Shown here piece after piece: positions 62,101 through 64,000 of a stretch of 64,000 nt of DNA (the first letter of the stretch is position 1; each line of letters begins with the position of its first letter). Below the pieces are notes generated by a model. It was not told the origin of the DNA. It searched no databases and was given only the letters and a program-made list of their open reading frames with translations. The DNA is taken from assembly GCF_009914755.1 (NCBI RefSeq), contig NC_060941.1; one strand, written 5' to 3'. The DNA comes from the human T2T-CHM13v2.0 reference genome, Homo sapiens. A program made the position numbers and the translations under genes.

Positions 62101-64000
62101 TTCTCTGTGATGATTGCATTCAACTCACAGATTTGAACCCTCCTATGGATAGAGCATTGTTGAAACTCTCTTTTTGTGGAATCTGCAAGTGGATATGTGG
62201 ACCTCTCCGAAGATGTCTTTGGAAACGGGAATATCTTCACATAAAAACTAAACAGAAGCATTCTCAGAAACTTCTCTGTGATGTTTGTGTTAAACTCCCA
62301 GAGTTTCACATTGCTTTTCATAGAGTAGTTCTGAAACATGCTTTTCGTAGTGTCTGCAAGTGGACATTTGGAGCGCTTTCAGGCCTGTGGTGGAAAACGA
62401 ATTATGGTCCCATAAAAACTGGAGAGAAGCATTGTCAGAAACTTCTTTGTGATGATTGCATTCAACTCACAGAGATGAAGGTTCCTTTACAAACAGCAGT
62501 TTCCAAACACTCTTTCTGTGGAATCTGCAAGTGGATATTTGGACCTCTTTGAAGATTTCGTTGGAAACGGGAGAATCTTCACAGAAAATCTAAACAGAAG
62601 CATTCTCAGAAACTTCTTTGTGATGCTTGCATTCAACTCACAGAGTTGAACTTTCCTTTCGAGAGAGAAGCTTTGAAACACTCTTTTTCCAGAATCTGCA
62701 AGTGGACATTTGGAGGGCTTTGAGGCCTGTGGTGGAAAAGGAATTAACTTCCCGTAAAAGCTAGATAGAAGCATTCTCAGAAACTACTTTGTGATGATTG
62801 CATTCAAGTCACAGAGTTGAACATTCCCTTTGACAGAGCAGTTTGGAAACTCTCTTTGTGTAGAATCTGCAAGTGGAGATATGGACCGCTTTGAGGCCTA
62901 TGGTAGTAAAGGAAATAGCTTCATATAAAAGCTAGACAGTAGCATTCACAGAAAACTCTTGGTGACGACTGAGTTTAACTCACAGAGCTGAACATTCCTT
63001 TGGATGGAGCAGTTTCGAAACACACTATTTGTAGAATGTGCAAGTGGATATTTGGGCCTCTCTGAGGATTTCGTTGGAAACGGGATAAACCGCACAGAAC
63101 TAAACAGAAGCATTCTCAGAACCTACTTCGTGATGTTTGCATTCAACTCACAGTGTTGAACCTTTCTTTGATAGTTCAGGTTTGAAACGGTCTTTCTGTA
63201 GAAACTGCAAGTAGATATTTGGACCTCTCTGAGGATTTCGTTGGAAACGGGATAAACCGCACAGAACTAAAACAGAAGCATTCTCAGAACCCTCTTCGTG
63301 ATGTTTGCATTCAACTCACAGTGCTGAACCTTTCTTTGATAGTTCAGCTTTGAAACACTCTTCTTGTAGAAACTGCAAGTGGATATTTGGTCCTCTCTGA
63401 GGATTTCGTTGGAAACGGGATAAACCGCACAGAACTAAACAGAAGCATTCTCAGAACCTTCTTCGTGATGTCTGCATTCAACTCACAGTGTGGAACCTTT
63501 CTTTGATAGTTCAGGTTTGAAACACTCTTTTTGTAGAAACTGCAAGGGGATAATTGCACTTCTTTGAGGCCTACCGTAGTAAAGGAAATAACTTCTTATA
63601 GAAAGAAGACAGAAGCTTTCTCAGAAAATTCTTTGGGATGATTGAGTGGAACTCACAGAGCTGAACATTCCTTGCGATGTAGCAGTTTAGAAACACACTT
63701 TCTGCAGAATCTGCAAGTGCATATTTGGACCTCTCCGAGGAATTCGTTGGAAACGGGATAATTTCAGCTGACTAAACAGAAGCAGTCTCAGAATCTTCTT
63801 TGTGATGTTTGCATTCAAATCCCAGAGTTGAACTTTCCTTTCAAAGTTCACGTTTGAAACACTCTTTTTGCAGGATCTACAAGTGGATATTTGGACCACT
63901 CTGTGTCCTTCGTTCGAAACGGGTATATCTTCACATGACATCTAGACAGAAGCATCCTCAGAAGCTTCTCTGTGATGACTGCATTCAACTCACGGAGTTG

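Larger units (their letters stand above)
1..64000 (+). repeat. D17Z1: Alpha satellite higher-order repeat array, D17Z1-type (human chr17 centromere), 16-mer HOR of 2715 bp with 15-mer and 14-mer deletion variants; runs off both window ends
   Basis: Tandem ~171-bp monomers starting (GAAG)CATTCTCAGAAA throughout, with CENP-B boxes (TTTCGTTGGAAACGGGA) on the + strand. The ORF track and EcoRI sites repeat every 2715 bp. A 2.7-kb EcoRI 16-mer with 15-mer and 14-mer variants and an internal monomer triplication is the established architecture of D17Z1. Alpha satellite identity is essentially certain; the chromosome assignment is by recognition. Confidence 0.93.

Noticed and set aside
682-62552. Recurrent 202-aa + strand ORF and the 63-142-aa ORFs on both strands
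   Set aside because: They are translations of alpha satellite. A 171-bp monomer is 57 codons, so frames stay open and give internally repeated peptides (CKWIFGPL, QKLLCDDCIQL). They recur each HOR, the 202-aa one starts at TTG, and they are freely broken by stops or a frameshift (27930, 30612, 32435, 59648). No recognisable protein domain.
1-64000. CRISPR-like or other prokaryotic repeat-spacer system suggested by the regularly spaced GAAGCATTCTCAGAA motif
   Set aside because: The intervening sequences are homologous monomer bodies, not unique spacers. There are no cas or other genes, and the sequence is primate centromeric satellite.
1-64000. Transposon (L1/Alu) insertion, inversion, or the polymorphic D17Z1 13-mer
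   Set aside because: All EcoRI intervals are explained by 2715, 2714, 2547 or 2377 bp. Orientation is constant, and there is no poly-A tail, foreign sequence or ~2.2-kb unit. Absence of the 13-mer in 64 kb says little about the whole array.

Overview
The whole 64 kb window is one uninterrupted, single-orientation array of centromeric alpha satellite (monomers 167-171 bp). The monomers form a highly homogeneous 16-monomer higher-order repeat (HOR) of 2715 bp with one EcoRI site per unit. This matches the human chromosome 17 array D17Z1 (suprachromosomal family 3, pentamer-derived); the assignment comes from recognising the architecture, not from a database search. The 24 EcoRI sites (2478, 5193, 7908, 10623, 13338, 16053, 18768, 21315, 24030, 26745, 29460, 32175, 34889, 37266, 39981, 42358, 45073, 47788, 50165, 52880, 55595, 58310, 61025, 63740) delimit 23 complete units: 19 16-mers (18 of 2715 bp, one of 2714 bp), one 15-mer (2547 bp) and three 14-mers (2377 bp). 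A canonical unit carries 7 intact CENP-B box cores. I see no genes, RNA genes, transposon insertions, inversions or CRISPR arrays, and all supplied ORFs are by-products of the repeat. I found no new biological system. The informative signal lies above the HOR level: nested multi-HOR duplications (5430, 5262, 5092 and 7807 bp periods), haplotype domains, deletion junctions with microhomology, a likely gene-conversion tract, and copy-specific loss or gain of CENP-B boxes.
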